Numbered from the stretch's first letter, positions 28,986 through 39,330 are shown. The stretch: 60,303 nucleotides of DNA from an uncultured Clostridia bacterium (GCA_944383925.1 CALWRM010000028.1:1-60303), one strand, 5' to 3'. Numbers and translations: made by a program. Notes: generated by a model from the sequence alone, not told the origin.

Positions 28986-29082
28986 AGCTCTTCCTTCCCT
29001 TCCGCCATCTCTTGACCTTTGACCGTTTGCTTGCTATGCTGGAACCAGTAACGGCCTTACAAAAAGAATAGGGGGGATCCTG

Positions 29083-30219
29083 TTGCGCAAGCTGGTGCTG
29101 ATTCCTGATTCCTTTAAGGGCACCATGGCCTCTTGGGAAATCTGCGACATCCTCGAGGGCGTGGTCAAGAGCCTCGATCCGGCCTGCCAGGTGGTAAAGC
29201 TGCCCGTGGCGGACGGAGGCGAGGGCAGCGTGGACGCCTTTCTACGCGCCATGGGCGGACGCAGGGTGGAGCTTCGCGTCAAGGGGCCCTACTTCCAGGA
29301 GGTTCCCGCCTTCTACGGTCTGGTGGATGGCGGCCGCACCGCCGTGGTGGAGATGGCCGCCTGCGCGGGCCTTCCCCTGGTGGGCGAGGACAAGCGTCCC
29401 GACCAGACGACCACCTACGGCGTGGGCCAGCTCATCGCCCACGCTGTCTCCCAGGGGGCACGGCGCGTGGTGCTTGGCCTTGGCGGCAGCGCCACCAACG
29501 ACATGGGTTGCGGCATGGCGGCGGCCTTGGGCGTGCGTTTTTTGGACGAGACTGGCGCCAGCTTCATCCCCGTCGGCGGCAACCTTTCCCGCATCCGCCG
29601 CGTGGAGCTGGACGGCCGGCTCGCCTCCCTTGCCCAGGTGGAGCTGGTCGCCATGTGCGACATCGACAACCCCCTGTATGGCCCGCGAGGCGCGGCCCAC
29701 GTCTTTGCCCCACAAAAGGGCGCGGACGAGGCCCTGGTCCGCCGGCTGGATGAGCAGCTACGCCTGGGTTCCTCCGCCGTGGAGCGCTGTCTCGGGCAGC
29801 GCCTGGCCGACGCGCCGGGCGCCGGCGCCGCCGGCGGCATGGGCTTCGGCGCGGCCGCCTTCCTCGGCTTCCGCCTGCAAATGGGAATTGAGACCGTGCT
29901 GGAGACGGTGGGCTTTGCCTCCCAGCTTCAGGGGGCGGACCTCGTGATCACGGGCGAGGGAAAGCTGGATTCCCAAAGCCTTCGCGGCAAGGTGGTCTTT
30001 GGCGTGGCCAAGGCGGCCAAGGCGGCCGGCGTTCCCGTGGTGGCCCTGGTGGGCGACATCGAGGACCCCATCGACGCCATGTACGGCCAGGGCTTGACGG
30101 CCGCGCTTTCCATCAACCGGGTGGCCGTCCCCTATTCCAAGGCCAAGCTGCGCGCCCGGGAGGACCTGGCCCGCACCATGGAAAGCCTGCTGCGCCTGTT
30201 GGCCCTCGGCGGCCTATAG
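29083..30219 (+). CDS. Glycerate kinase (GlxK/GarK family)
   Basis: 'PDSFKGT', 'PVADGGEG', 'GLGGSATND', 'GAGAAGG', 'TGEGKLD.QSL.GK'. Confidence 0.93.
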   Translation: MRKLVLIPDSFKGTMASWEICDILEGVVKSLDPACQVVKLPVADGGEGSVDAFLRAMGGRRVELRVKGPYFQEVPAFYGLVDGGRTAVVEMAACAGLPLVGEDKRPDQTTTYGVGQLIAHAVSQGARRVVLGLGGSATNDMGCGMAAALGVRFLDETGASFIPVGGNLSRIRRVELDGRLASLAQVELVAMCDIDNPLYGPRGAAHVFAPQKGADEALVRRLDEQLRLGSSAVERCLGQRLADAPGAGAAGGMGFGAAAFLGFRLQMGIETVLETVGFASQLQGADLVITGEGKLDSQSLRGKVVFGVAKAAKAAGVPVVALVGDIEDPIDAMYGQGLTAALSINRVAVPYSKAKLRAREDLARTMESLLRLLALGGL

Positions 30220-30323
30220 GCCGTCTCCTCCCGCGTTTTCCCAGCGGCGGCGTTTGACAAGCCCCTTTGGAAGGTTTATGATATTTTGGATAGCAATTCC
30301 CACGGACGATAGGAGGATGGACC

Positions 30324-31178
30324 ATGACGCACAACTACAAGATCATCGAAATCGCGCCCAAGACCTATGAAATCGACGAATTTGACTGCGACAGCATCTT
30401 CGTCCTGCTGGGCGAAAACAAGGCCCTGGTCATCGACACCGGCACGGGCGTGGGCGACCTGAAGACCGCCGTGGAAAGCCTAACCGGCGATCTTCCCTAT
30501 GAGGTGGTCATCTCCCACGGCCATGTGGACCATACCGGCGGCGTCGGCTGGTTCGACGAGGTCTATCTCAACGCCATCGATTGGGACCTGTATCCCTACC
30601 CCGCAAGCGTGGAGGCCCGCAGGAACTACGCCCACTTTATCGCCGAGCGTTCCGGCCTGCGCTATGATTACGATCCCCAGACCGACATCATCGAATGGCC
30701 CAAGCTCGCCAAGCGCCTGCCCCTCACCGACGGCCAGCGCTTCGATCTGGGCGGCCGCGTGGTCACCGCCTATGCTTGCCCCGGCCACACCCCGGGCGAG
30801 ATGGTCTTTATCGACAGCGGCTCCCGCATCCTCTTCGCCGGCGACGCCATCAACGGCAACCTGCTCTTCGGCTCCCTGCCCGGAACCCCGCAGTTCGTCA
30901 GCGTGGAAACCGCCCTGAAGGCCCTGGAGCGCATCGACTCCTTCAAGGACCAGTACGACCGCATCTTCAACCAGCACCATGACTACCGTCCCTTCGGCCA
31001 GCCCCTCTGCGACGAGATGCTGCCCAGCGTGCTGACCGCCTGCCGCAAGCTGGTGGACGGCAGCTACGAGGCCAAGACCGTGCCCGGCATGTTCCCCGGT
31101 TCCCCCGACCGCACCGTGGTCATCGAGGGACCCGCCATGATCACCTTCCGGGCCGAGGGCATCCACGAGCCCAAATAG
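30324..31178 (+). CDS. MBL-fold metallo-hydrolase
   Basis: 'IDTG', 'SHGHVDHTGG', 'PGHTPG', 'FAGD'. Confidence 0.9.
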   Translation: MTHNYKIIEIAPKTYEIDEFDCDSIFVLLGENKALVIDTGTGVGDLKTAVESLTGDLPYEVVISHGHVDHTGGVGWFDEVYLNAIDWDLYPYPASVEARRNYAHFIAERSGLRYDYDPQTDIIEWPKLAKRLPLTDGQRFDLGGRVVTAYACPGHTPGEMVFIDSGSRILFAGDAINGNLLFGSLPGTPQFVSVETALKALERIDSFKDQYDRIFNQHHDYRPFGQPLCDEMLPSVLTACRKLVDGSYEAKTVPGMFPGSPDRTVVIEGPAMITFRAEGIHEPK

Positions 31179-31268
31179 GCAGGCCCTTCCACATCGACCG
31201 CAACGGGGGCGCGCAGGCTTTGGCCGCGCGCCCCTTGCCAACCCCTTACGGAAAGGAGAGGAACTTGG

Positions 31269-31817
31269 ATGATTACGGAAACCCCTCTGCTGTTGCTGCG
31301 CGAAATGAACGAAAAGGACCTGCCCGATCTTCGGGAGATCCTGCAAGACCCCGTGGCCATGACCGCCTATGAGGGCGCTTTCGACGAGGCCATGGTGTTG
31401 GATTGGCTGGACCGCCAGCTCCAGCGCTACGCCCGGGACGGCATGGGGCTTTGGGCCGTCATCCGCAAGGAGGACGGGGCCTTCCTGGGCCAGTGCGGCC
31501 TCACCTGGCAGCAAACGCCCGACGGCCAGGTGCCGGAAATCGGCTACCTGTTCAAGCGCCGCTTTTGGCACCAGGGCTGGGCCACCCGGGCCTTCTTCGC
31601 CTGTCTGGACTACGGCTTCGCCCAGAAAGGCTTTTCCAAGCTCTATTCCATCATCCGCGACACCAATCTGGCCTCCCAGCGCGTGGCCCAACGAGGGGGC
31701 ATGGTCCCCGTCGGCGGCTTCGTCAAGCAGTACCGGGGCGTGGAAATGCCCCATCTTCTCTACTGCATCGATCGGCAAACCTGGCTGCGCAACCGGGCCG
31801 GCGGCGCGGACGCCTAG
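31269..31817 (+). CDS. GNAT N-acetyltransferase (RimJ/RimL-like)
   Basis: 'GQCGL', 'EIGY...FWHQGWAT', 'NLASQRVAQR.GM'. Confidence 0.88.
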   Translation: MITETPLLLLREMNEKDLPDLREILQDPVAMTAYEGAFDEAMVLDWLDRQLQRYARDGMGLWAVIRKEDGAFLGQCGLTWQQTPDGQVPEIGYLFKRRFWHQGWATRAFFACLDYGFAQKGFSKLYSIIRDTNLASQRVAQRGGMVPVGGFVKQYRGVEMPHLLYCIDRQTWLRNRAGGADA

Positions 31818-31837
31818 CCACGCGCCTGTCCGCAGGC

Positions 31838-32605
31838 CTAACGCTTCCTTTCGGCCCAACGGTCCAGCGCTTCGCGCAGGGCGCGCACCTTTTCCACGCG
31901 CACCTGCAAGTAGCTCCCGTCCGGCGGGCAATGGGCGGCGTTGAAGCGCACGGGGCTTTCCGGCAGGCTTCGGTCCTGCCATGTCCCATGGGCGGAGGCA
32001 TGCACCGCGTCCAACCCCGCGGCATCCAACAACGCCGTCAGGTTCTCCGGCCGGATGCCGCCGCCCGGCAACACCTGGATCCTGCCGGCGGCCAGCTGCG
32101 CCAGGCGGCGAAGGCCGGCGGCGCCTTCGGGCGCGGTTCGCGCCCCGCCGCTGGTCAACACCCGGCAAAAGCCCAGGCGCACCAAGGCCTCCAGCGCCCC
32201 TTCCCGGTCGGGGCATAGGTCCAACGCCCTGTGAAACACGCAGGGCTTGCCCGCCGCTTCCTCCAACAGACGGGCGCAGCCTTCCTCTTCCGGCCTGCCC
32301 TTTTCGTCCAGAAGGCCGAACACCAGGCCGTCCGCGCCGGCATCCAGCAGGGCCCGCGCATCCTCCCGCATGGTCAGGCGCTCCGCTGCGGAATAGCAAA
32401 AGCCGCCAGGCCTTGGCCGCAACATGCAGTAGACGGGAAGCCCGCTCAGGCGCTTGGCCGCCCGCAGCGCGCCCACGCTGGGCGTCAGGCCTCCATGGTC
32501 CAGGTCCGCGTTCAGCTCGATCCGATCCGCGCCGCCCTCTCGGGCCAGCAGCGCGTCCTGCGCGCTCTGGCAACAGATCTCCAGGCAGGGTCTTGTTCTG
32601 TCCAC
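31838..32605 (-). CDS. cutC: CutC family protein
   Basis: 'LEICC', 'GGADRIEL', 'GGLTPS', 'RPRPGGFCYS', 'FHRALD', 'RVLTSGG'. Confidence 0.93.
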   Translation of the reverse strand: MDRTRPCLEICCQSAQDALLAREGGADRIELNADLDHGGLTPSVGALRAAKRLSGLPVYCMLRPRPGGFCYSAAERLTMREDARALLDAGADGLVFGLLDEKGRPEEEGCARLLEEAAGKPCVFHRALDLCPDREGALEALVRLGFCRVLTSGGARTAPEGAAGLRRLAQLAAGRIQVLPGGGIRPENLTALLDAAGLDAVHASAHGTWQDRSLPESPVRFNAAHCPPDGSYLQVRVEKVRALREALDRWAERKR

Positions 32606-32721
32606 GCTCCCGCTCTCCCCTTTCGTCCCTCATCCCTCTTCCCGGGCCGCCCTTGCGCCCGGCCTTGGTTTGTGCTATGCTTCATGGGCAAAAACTGCCT
32701 CGATCAAAGGAGGTCCTCTTC

Positions 32722-33717
32722 ATGCAATCCTTCGTGCCTCTGGTCTGCGAATATCGCGGCGATTTGTTGGATCTCACCCACATGGGCTATGTGTGCGTGG
32801 TGGACGAGCATTCCAACGTCGTCCTTCACCTGGGCGATCCGCAGGCCAAGGTGTTCTACCGCTCCGCCTCCAAGCCCATCCAGGCCCTGCCCACCATCGC
32901 CCGCCGCCTGGACGAAGCGTACGGCCTGACCGAGGAGGAAACGGCGCTCTTTGCCGGCTCCCATGCCGGCGAGCCCTTCCATCTGGCCGCCCTGTCCTCC
33001 CTCTTTCAAAAGGCAGGCCTGGAGGAATCGTGGATGGTCATGAACCCCGCCGTTCCCGCCGCGGCCTATGCCAACGAGGAGCGCATTCGCCAAGGGCTTC
33101 CCCCGAGGAAATTCTACCACAATTGCGCGGGCAAGCACGCCTCCCTGCTGCTGCTACAGCGCGCCCTTGGCGCCCCCGTGCAGTCCTATTGGCGCATGGA
33201 TGCCCCCGCCCAACAGGAGGTGCTGCGCTGCGTCTCCATCCTGAGCGAGTGCCCGCAGGAACAGATCTCCCTGGGCATCGACGGCTGCGGCGTTCCCGTG
33301 TTCGCCGTCCCCCTGCGCTGCATGGCCGCCTCGTTCAAAAACCTGGCCCGTCCGGATCGCATCCGCGACGAGGCCCTCTCCCAGGCGGCCGCCCGCTTCG
33401 TGCCGCGCATCCATCGCCATCCGCTGATGATACGCGGCACCGGCTACCGCTGTTCCCGCCTCAACGAGGACGAAAACATCGTCACCAAGGGCGGTTCCCT
33501 TGGCGTGCAGTGCATCGGCCTCAAGCGCGAAGGCCTCGGCATCGCCATCAAGCTCGTGGACGGCACCGAGGACGTGCTCCCCCTGGTCATCCGCCGGGTG
33601 TTCGAGCTCCTCGGCTACAACAAGCCGGAAACCCTGCGCGCCCTGGACGAGCTTCGCCCAACCAGCATGCTCAACGATTGTTCCATGCAGGCCAGCCTCT
33701 TGTGCCCCGCTTTCTAG
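32722..33717 (+). CDS. L-asparaginase II (Rhizobium etli-type) family protein
   Basis: 'RSASKPIQA', 'GSHAGE', 'HNCAGKH', 'DGCGVP'; AAGGAGG RBS. Confidence 0.85.
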   Translation: MQSFVPLVCEYRGDLLDLTHMGYVCVVDEHSNVVLHLGDPQAKVFYRSASKPIQALPTIARRLDEAYGLTEEETALFAGSHAGEPFHLAALSSLFQKAGLEESWMVMNPAVPAAAYANEERIRQGLPPRKFYHNCAGKHASLLLLQRALGAPVQSYWRMDAPAQQEVLRCVSILSECPQEQISLGIDGCGVPVFAVPLRCMAASFKNLARPDRIRDEALSQAAARFVPRIHRHPLMIRGTGYRCSRLNEDENIVTKGGSLGVQCIGLKREGLGIAIKLVDGTEDVLPLVIRRVFELLGYNKPETLRALDELRPTSMLNDCSMQASLLCPAF

Positions 33718-33825
33718 CCCTTGGCGCAAACAGGGCCATCTGCCTTTGCAAGCCGCGCCCCGCTGCACAAACAGGGCCCGCCATGCTCTTTGCATGGCGG
33801 GCCCTGTTGCCTGCGTTTTAGAGGA

Positions 33826-34488
33826 TCAGGCTGCCTTGTTGGACAGCATGGTGCGCTTGAGCATGTGCTGCACGCCGGGGATGAAGGCCACGACGGCGCA
33901 GATCAGGCCGTCCACGCCCACGGAGCTGAGGTTGTAGATCAGGGAGTAGACCAGAGGGCCGTGGCCGGAGCCCTCGGCGTATTCGGCGAAGAACACCACG
34001 CCGGAGAACACGTGCATGGCGATGCGCACCGCGCTGGCCACGATCACGCCGACGGGGAAGCTCCAGCTGGCCTTGTTCTTGCTAAACAGGCCGGTGAGGC
34101 CGAGGGCGGAAAAGGCCAGGGGGTAGTCCAGCAGCACCTGCCAGACGTTGAGGAAGTACATGTCCTGGAACATCTGCAGGAAGCTGTAGGCCAGGGCGCA
34201 GATCAGGCCGGGGCCGATGCCATAGGCGAAGGCGAACATCATCACCGGCAGCATGGAGCAAAGGGTGATGGAGCCGCCCTGGGGCATATGGTAGAGGCGC
34301 ACGTAGCTGAGCACAAAGGATAGGGCGATGCAGATGGCGCCCACGGCCAGCATGCGCGCGTTCCACTTCACCTTGGTCGAAAGGGTCAGCAGCGCGACGC
34401 CCAGGACGATCAGCAGGGCGAGGGTCAGGTAGATGGGCCAGCGGATGTAACTAAAGTTGTCCACCAGCTCGATGAAGAACTGTTTCAT
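33826..34488 (-). CDS. thiT: Energy-coupled thiamine transporter, S component
   Basis: 'MPQGGSIT', 'LLDYPLAF', 'SGVVFFAEYA', 'YSLIYN'; downstream of a TPP riboswitch. Confidence 0.9.
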   Translation of the reverse strand: MKQFFIELVDNFSYIRWPIYLTLALLIVLGVALLTLSTKVKWNARMLAVGAICIALSFVLSYVRLYHMPQGGSITLCSMLPVMMFAFAYGIGPGLICALAYSFLQMFQDMYFLNVWQVLLDYPLAFSALGLTGLFSKNKASWSFPVGVIVASAVRIAMHVFSGVVFFAEYAEGSGHGPLVYSLIYNLSSVGVDGLICAVVAFIPGVQHMLKRTMLSNKAA

Positions 34489-34644
34489 GGGTCCAAACCT
34501 CCTTCTGCGTTTGCTTCTCTCCCCTTCGCCTTTTTTTGCAGCCTGCCCAACAAAAAGCGCCGCTTCCGCATGGAAGGGCGCGAGCCATCGGTGGCATGAC
34601 AAGCCGGACATACGGGGGCGTCCCGCGCCGCCCGGCTTGACTTC

Positions 34645-34740
34645 TCCGCTTCCCTACGGTAGGATTATCTACACAGGTTTCAAGGGTCGAGGGGCTTTTT
34701 TGCCCGCTCCTCTCAGCGCTAGCGCGCTCCCCCAGCGAAT
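34645..34740 (-). ncRNA. TPP (THI-box) riboswitch
   Basis: Minus strand: CTGGGGGAGC...GCTGAGAGG...GACCCTTGAAACCTG...ATAATCCTACCGTAGGGAAG, with P1 TTCGCT/AGCGGA; upstream of thiT. Confidence 0.92.
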
Positions 34741-34841
34741 GGGATATGAAGTTTTCCAAGGCACAGCATACGCCGTTCATGCCGCCGCTGTCAAGTTAAA
34801 GAATGGGACCGGCCCAGGCCGGCCGATAAGGAGGAACCCCG

Positions 34842-35420
34842 TTGAGCAGCCACTTTTTCGCCTACATGTCCAGAATGAAGCATATCAAGCGCTGGAGCCT
34901 GATGCGCAACACCTGGCAGGAGGACATCGCCCAGCATTCCCTACAGGTGGCCATGATCGCCCACGCCCTGGCCGTATACAGGAACGAGCGCTTTGGCGGC
35001 GGCGCCAATCCGGAGCGCGCCGCCTGTCTGGCCCTCTACCACGAGGCCCCGGAGGTAATCACCGGCGACTTGCCCACGCCCATCAAATACTTCAGCCAGG
35101 ATTTCCGCGAGGCTTTCGGCACGATCGAGCGTCTGGCCGCGGATCGCCTGCTGCGCACCGCGCCGGAAACCCTCCGGCCCGTGCTCGCCCCGCTGATCGA
35201 AAGCCCCGAGTCGGATCCGGAATGGCCGCGCGTCAAGGCCGCGGACACCCTGGCCGCCTACATCAAGTGCATCGAGGAGGAGCGGGCGGGCAACCGCGAA
35301 TTCTCCAAGGCCGCCCGTGAAACCTTGCATAAGCTGCTTTCGTATCAGATGGAGGAGGTCAGCGCCTTTCTGGAGGATTGCCTCCCCTCCTTTTCCCTGA
35401 CGTTGGACGAGCTGGATTGA
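34842..35420 (+). CDS. yfbR: HD-superfamily 5'-deoxynucleotidase
   Basis: 'RMKHIKRWSLMRN', 'HSLQVAMIAHAL', 'TGDLPTPIKY', 'VKAADTL.AYIKC'. Confidence 0.9.
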   Translation: MSSHFFAYMSRMKHIKRWSLMRNTWQEDIAQHSLQVAMIAHALAVYRNERFGGGANPERAACLALYHEAPEVITGDLPTPIKYFSQDFREAFGTIERLAADRLLRTAPETLRPVLAPLIESPESDPEWPRVKAADTLAAYIKCIEEERAGNREFSKAARETLHKLLSYQMEEVSAFLEDCLPSFSLTLDELD

Positions 35421-35466
35421 CCAAAGGCCCGTCCCCCTGACCGACACGAAAGAAGAGGAATTGCCC

Positions 35467-36717
35467 ATGCGAAAAGCCATATCTTTGCTGCTCTGCCTTG
35501 TCCTTATCGGCCTTACGGCCGGTTGCATGGCCCAGGACGCGCCCGCGAGCGCCTCGGCCAGCGCGGAACCTTCCGCCTCCGCCGAGCCCACCCCCACCGC
35601 AACCCCCAGCACCCAGGACGCCAGCCTGGACCTGATCTCCGACGTGCTGTTGCAGAGCGAGGCCTTCTCCATCCGCCTGCTGCAAAACGGCGTGGCCGCC
35701 GACACCTCCGGTAACACCGTCTTCTCGCCTCTGGGCGTTAGCGCCGCCTTGGCCGCCCTGTACCTGGGCAGCGCCGGGGAGACGGCCGAGGAGCTCCGCG
35801 CCCTGGCCGGCTTCACCGCCGAGGCCGAGGACGTGCTCTCGGCCTTGGCCAGCTTCTCCTCCGACGCCACCGGTACGCAGCTGGTGATCTCCGACCGCTA
35901 CAGCCTCTCGGACAGCTATGTGCAGGCGCTCTCCGCCGCGGGGATGCGGTGCGTCTCGGCTTCCCTGGGGTCCGCCGATGGCACCGGCCAGCTCAACGCC
36001 GCCGCAGCCCTCTACTCCCACGCCTTCGCCGACGCCTTTGAGACCACGACGCCCTCGGAATCCCTGCTCGTGCTCACGGGCTCCGCGCCAAGCCTGGCCT
36101 TTGACACTCCCTTCCCCGTGCTGGAACGCTTCCAGGGGCTGTTCGAGTCCCCGGACGGGCTTGTTCCCTGCGACTTTCTGTACAGCGAGGGCGACCTGCC
36201 CTATTATGAGGACGAACGGGTGCAGATCTGCGCCGTTCCCATGGACGGCGGCCAGACCGAGCTGCTGCTCATCCTGCCCAAGGGCGACTCCATGAGCGAC
36301 ACCCTGGAGCTGCTGGGCCAATACGGCGGCGATTGGATCGGCGCCGACGACCTGCAGGCCTATCCCGTGCGGCTGACCTTGCCCGCCCTGTCCCTCACCC
36401 AGAACGCCTCCCTGCTGGAAAACCTCCTGTCCATGGGGCTCAGCCTCCCCTTCAACCAGACCGCCGCGGACTTTTCGCCCATGTTGGCGGAGAGCTTTCC
36501 CCTTTCCCTCAGCGGCTTTTACACCCTGACGGAGCTGAACATCAGCGAAACCGGCATCAACCACGACGGCCAAGCGCCCCAGGAGGCCAACTTCAACTCC
36601 AGCGAGGCGGGCGCGGACATGCTCCTGGACCGCCCCTTCCTGTTGGCCTTGCGCAGCAAGAGCAGCGGCGCGCCACTTCTGCTCGCCTGGATCAACACGC
36701 CCAATAGCGCCCTTTAG
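35467..36717 (+). CDS. Serpin-family lipoprotein (divergent)
   Basis: Signal peptide with lipobox LTAGC; serpin motifs 'NTVFSPLGVSAAL..LYLGSAGETAEEL' and 'LDRPFLLAL...PLLLAWINTP'. Confidence 0.72.
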   Translation: MRKAISLLLCLVLIGLTAGCMAQDAPASASASAEPSASAEPTPTATPSTQDASLDLISDVLLQSEAFSIRLLQNGVAADTSGNTVFSPLGVSAALAALYLGSAGETAEELRALAGFTAEAEDVLSALASFSSDATGTQLVISDRYSLSDSYVQALSAAGMRCVSASLGSADGTGQLNAAAALYSHAFADAFETTTPSESLLVLTGSAPSLAFDTPFPVLERFQGLFESPDGLVPCDFLYSEGDLPYYEDERVQICAVPMDGGQTELLLILPKGDSMSDTLELLGQYGGDWIGADDLQAYPVRLTLPALSLTQNASLLENLLSMGLSLPFNQTAADFSPMLAESFPLSLSGFYTLTELNISETGINHDGQAPQEANFNSSEAGADMLLDRPFLLALRSKSSGAPLLLAWINTPNSAL

Positions 36718-36727
36718 GAGGATTGCC

Positions 36728-38497
36728 TTGATACACGGAAACACCGAAGGCCTGCGCAGCTCCCTGCTCCAGGAGCTGGAAACGCTGTATGAGGCGCAGA
36801 TCGACCGCGACGTCTTCGCCCCGCGGAGCCTGCTCCTGGCCCTGGCCGGCTTCACCGCCCGCCTGCACCGGGAAATCAGCCTGTACATCTCCCGAGGCGG
36901 GGAGGTGCTGGACGTAACCATCGGCGACAGCGCCACCGTCCCCCTGAAGAACATCAACCTGCGCCGCGGCGAGGTCAGGCTGTGCGGCGTGCGCTGCATC
37001 CATACCCACCCGGGCGGGGATTCCACCCTCTCCTCCGTGGACATACAGAGCCTGCGCAACCTGCGCTTCGACGCCATGGCCGCCCTGGGCGTCAAGGAGG
37101 ACGGCCAGCCCAGCTCCCTTTGCGTGGGCCTGTTGGACGTGCCCGGCGAGGACGGCCAGTTCCCCGTCCGCCTCACCCCGCCCCTGAACGCCTACCGCCT
37201 GCCCCAGCAGGAGCTAATGCAGTGGATCGAGGAGGCGGACCGGCGCATCAGCGCCGCGGCCCCGCCCGCGCAGCGCCGCAGGGAACGGGCCGTGGTGGCC
37301 GGCCTGGCCGATGGGCCCGAGGACCCTTCCCTGCTGGAGCTCAAGCGCCTGGCGGAAACCGCGGGCGCCCAGGTGGTGGGCGTGGCCTACCAAAACAAGG
37401 TCCGCATGGACCCGGCCACCTACCTGGGCTCGGGCAAGGCCGAGGAGCTCAACCTCCTGTGCCAAAGCCTGGACGCGGACCTGCTGTTGCTGGACGACGA
37501 GCTCACCGGCGCCCAGGTGCGCAACCTGGAGGATAAGATCGCCTGCCGCATCGTGGACCGCACGGCGCTGATCCTGGATATCTTCGCCATGCGCGCCCAG
37601 TCCCGCGAGGGCAAGCTGCAGGTGGAGCTGGCCCAGCTGCGCTACCGCCTGCCGAGGCTCACGGGCCTTGGCGTGGCCCTTTCCCGCCTGGGCGGCGGCA
37701 TCGGCACCCGCGGCCCCGGCGAGACCAAGCTGGAGGAGGACCGCCGGCGCATCCGCCGCCGCATTGCGGACATCGAACGGGAGCTGGCGGAGCTGACCCG
37801 CCAGCGCGGCATGCGCCGGGAGCGCCGCAGCCGCAAGGAGCTGCCCGTGGTCGCCCTGGTGGGCTACACCAACGCGGGCAAGTCTTCCCTGCTCAACGCC
37901 CTTACGGGCGCCGGCGTGCTGGCCGAGGACAAGCTCTTCGCCACGCTGGACCCCATCACCCGCCACCTGCGCCTGCCCGGCGGCTTGGAATGCCTGCTGG
38001 TGGACACGGTCGGTTTCATCAACAAGCTGCCCCACGACCTGGTGCGCGCCTTCCGCTCCACCCTGGAGGAGGCCATGTACGCCGACGCCCTGGTGATCGT
38101 GGAGGACGTCTCCGACGAAAACCTGGACCTGCACCGCCAGGTGGTGGACGAGGTGCTAAGCTCCCTGGGCGCCGGGGACAAGCCCCGCGTCACGGCCCTG
38201 AACAAGGCCGATCTGCTGCCCGAGGACGTGCGCCCCGGCCGGGAGGGCTTCGTGGCCATCAGCGCCACCCAAGGATTGGGGCTGACGGCCCTGCTCGAGG
38301 CCGTGGAGCAAAAGCTCACCCAACTGCGCGCGCCCAGGGAAATCCACGTGCCCTATGCCCGGGGAGACGTGGCCGCCTTCCTCCATAAGAACGGATACGT
38401 GCAGGAGGAGCTGTACGACGAGACGGGCACCCTCTTCCACGTGAGCCTGGACAGCGCCGCCTTCGAGCGGGCCAAACATATGCTGGCCTCGCGCTGA
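36728..38497 (+). CDS. hflX: Ribosome-associated GTPase HflX, long form with an N-terminal extension
   Basis: 'LILDIFA.RA', 'GGGIGTRGPGETKLE', 'VGYTNAGKS', 'LFATLD', 'DTVGFI', 'NKAD'. Confidence 0.95.
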   Translation: MIHGNTEGLRSSLLQELETLYEAQIDRDVFAPRSLLLALAGFTARLHREISLYISRGGEVLDVTIGDSATVPLKNINLRRGEVRLCGVRCIHTHPGGDSTLSSVDIQSLRNLRFDAMAALGVKEDGQPSSLCVGLLDVPGEDGQFPVRLTPPLNAYRLPQQELMQWIEEADRRISAAAPPAQRRRERAVVAGLADGPEDPSLLELKRLAETAGAQVVGVAYQNKVRMDPATYLGSGKAEELNLLCQSLDADLLLLDDELTGAQVRNLEDKIACRIVDRTALILDIFAMRAQSREGKLQVELAQLRYRLPRLTGLGVALSRLGGGIGTRGPGETKLEEDRRRIRRRIADIERELAELTRQRGMRRERRSRKELPVVALVGYTNAGKSSLLNALTGAGVLAEDKLFATLDPITRHLRLPGGLECLLVDTVGFINKLPHDLVRAFRSTLEEAMYADALVIVEDVSDENLDLHRQVVDEVLSSLGAGDKPRVTALNKADLLPEDVRPGREGFVAISATQGLGLTALLEAVEQKLTQLRAPREIHVPYARGDVAAFLHKNGYVQEELYDETGTLFHVSLDSAAFERAKHMLASR

Positions 38498-38627
38498 CCC
38501 CTCCGGCGCTTTTTCCAACTTTTCCCCCGCTTATGCCTAAAAAATGCTATACTGAAGGCAAGAGACGGGCGCCCGGCCGGATCTTTCCCGTCCGGGCCCC
38601 GGACGGCTTTAGGCCTAAAAGGAGGGC

Positions 38628-39281
38628 ATGACGATGCTATTTGAAAAGGGCGACAAGATCCTCTTCATCGGCGACTCCATCTCGGACTTCGACCGGGCCC
38701 GGCCCGTGGGCGAAGGGCTGTTCAACGCCTGGGGCACCAGCTACGTGGCGGACGTGGGCGCGACGCTGGCCTGCGCCTATCCGGAGCTGGGCCTTCGGGT
38801 GGTCAACATGGGCATCAGCGGCAACCAGGTGCGGGACCTGTTGGCCCGCTGGAAGAGCGACGTGCTGGACCTAAAGCCCGATTGGGTGAGCGTGCTCATC
38901 GGCATCAACGACGTCTGGCGGCAGTTCGATTGTCCCCAGATGCCCGAAACCCACGTGTCCCCCGAGGAGTACAGGGCCGGCTACGAGGAGCTGATCCAGC
39001 GCACGCTGCCGCTTGTCAAGGGCATGGTGCTCATGACCCCCTATTTCATGGAGCCCAACCGCGCCGATCCCATGCGCAGCCGCATGGACCAGTACGGCCA
39101 GATCGTGCGGGAGCTCGCCCAGCGGCACGGCCTGGTCTTTGTGGACCTGCAGGCTGGCTGGGACCAGCTGTTCCAGCACATGCACCCCTGCAACATCGCG
39201 TGGGACCGCATCCATCCCAACCAGATCGGCCACATGCACATCGCCCGCCAGTTCCTCCGCGCCGTGGGCGCCACCCGCTAG
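38628..39281 (+). CDS. SGNH/GDSL hydrolase
   Basis: 'FIGDSI', 'NMGISG', 'IGIND', 'DRIHP'. Confidence 0.92.
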   Translation: MTMLFEKGDKILFIGDSISDFDRARPVGEGLFNAWGTSYVADVGATLACAYPELGLRVVNMGISGNQVRDLLARWKSDVLDLKPDWVSVLIGINDVWRQFDCPQMPETHVSPEEYRAGYEELIQRTLPLVKGMVLMTPYFMEPNRADPMRSRMDQYGQIVRELAQRHGLVFVDLQAGWDQLFQHMHPCNIAWDRIHPNQIGHMHIARQFLRAVGATR

Positions 39282-39330
39282 GCGCGGCGGGGGCGGGACG
39301 CCAACCATAGAAAGGAGACGTACATCCACC

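Noticed and set aside
28655-29015. ORFs 28655-29008 and 28698-29015
   Set aside because: They are low-complexity translations of the 67-bp repeats and the terminator, with no convincing RBS.
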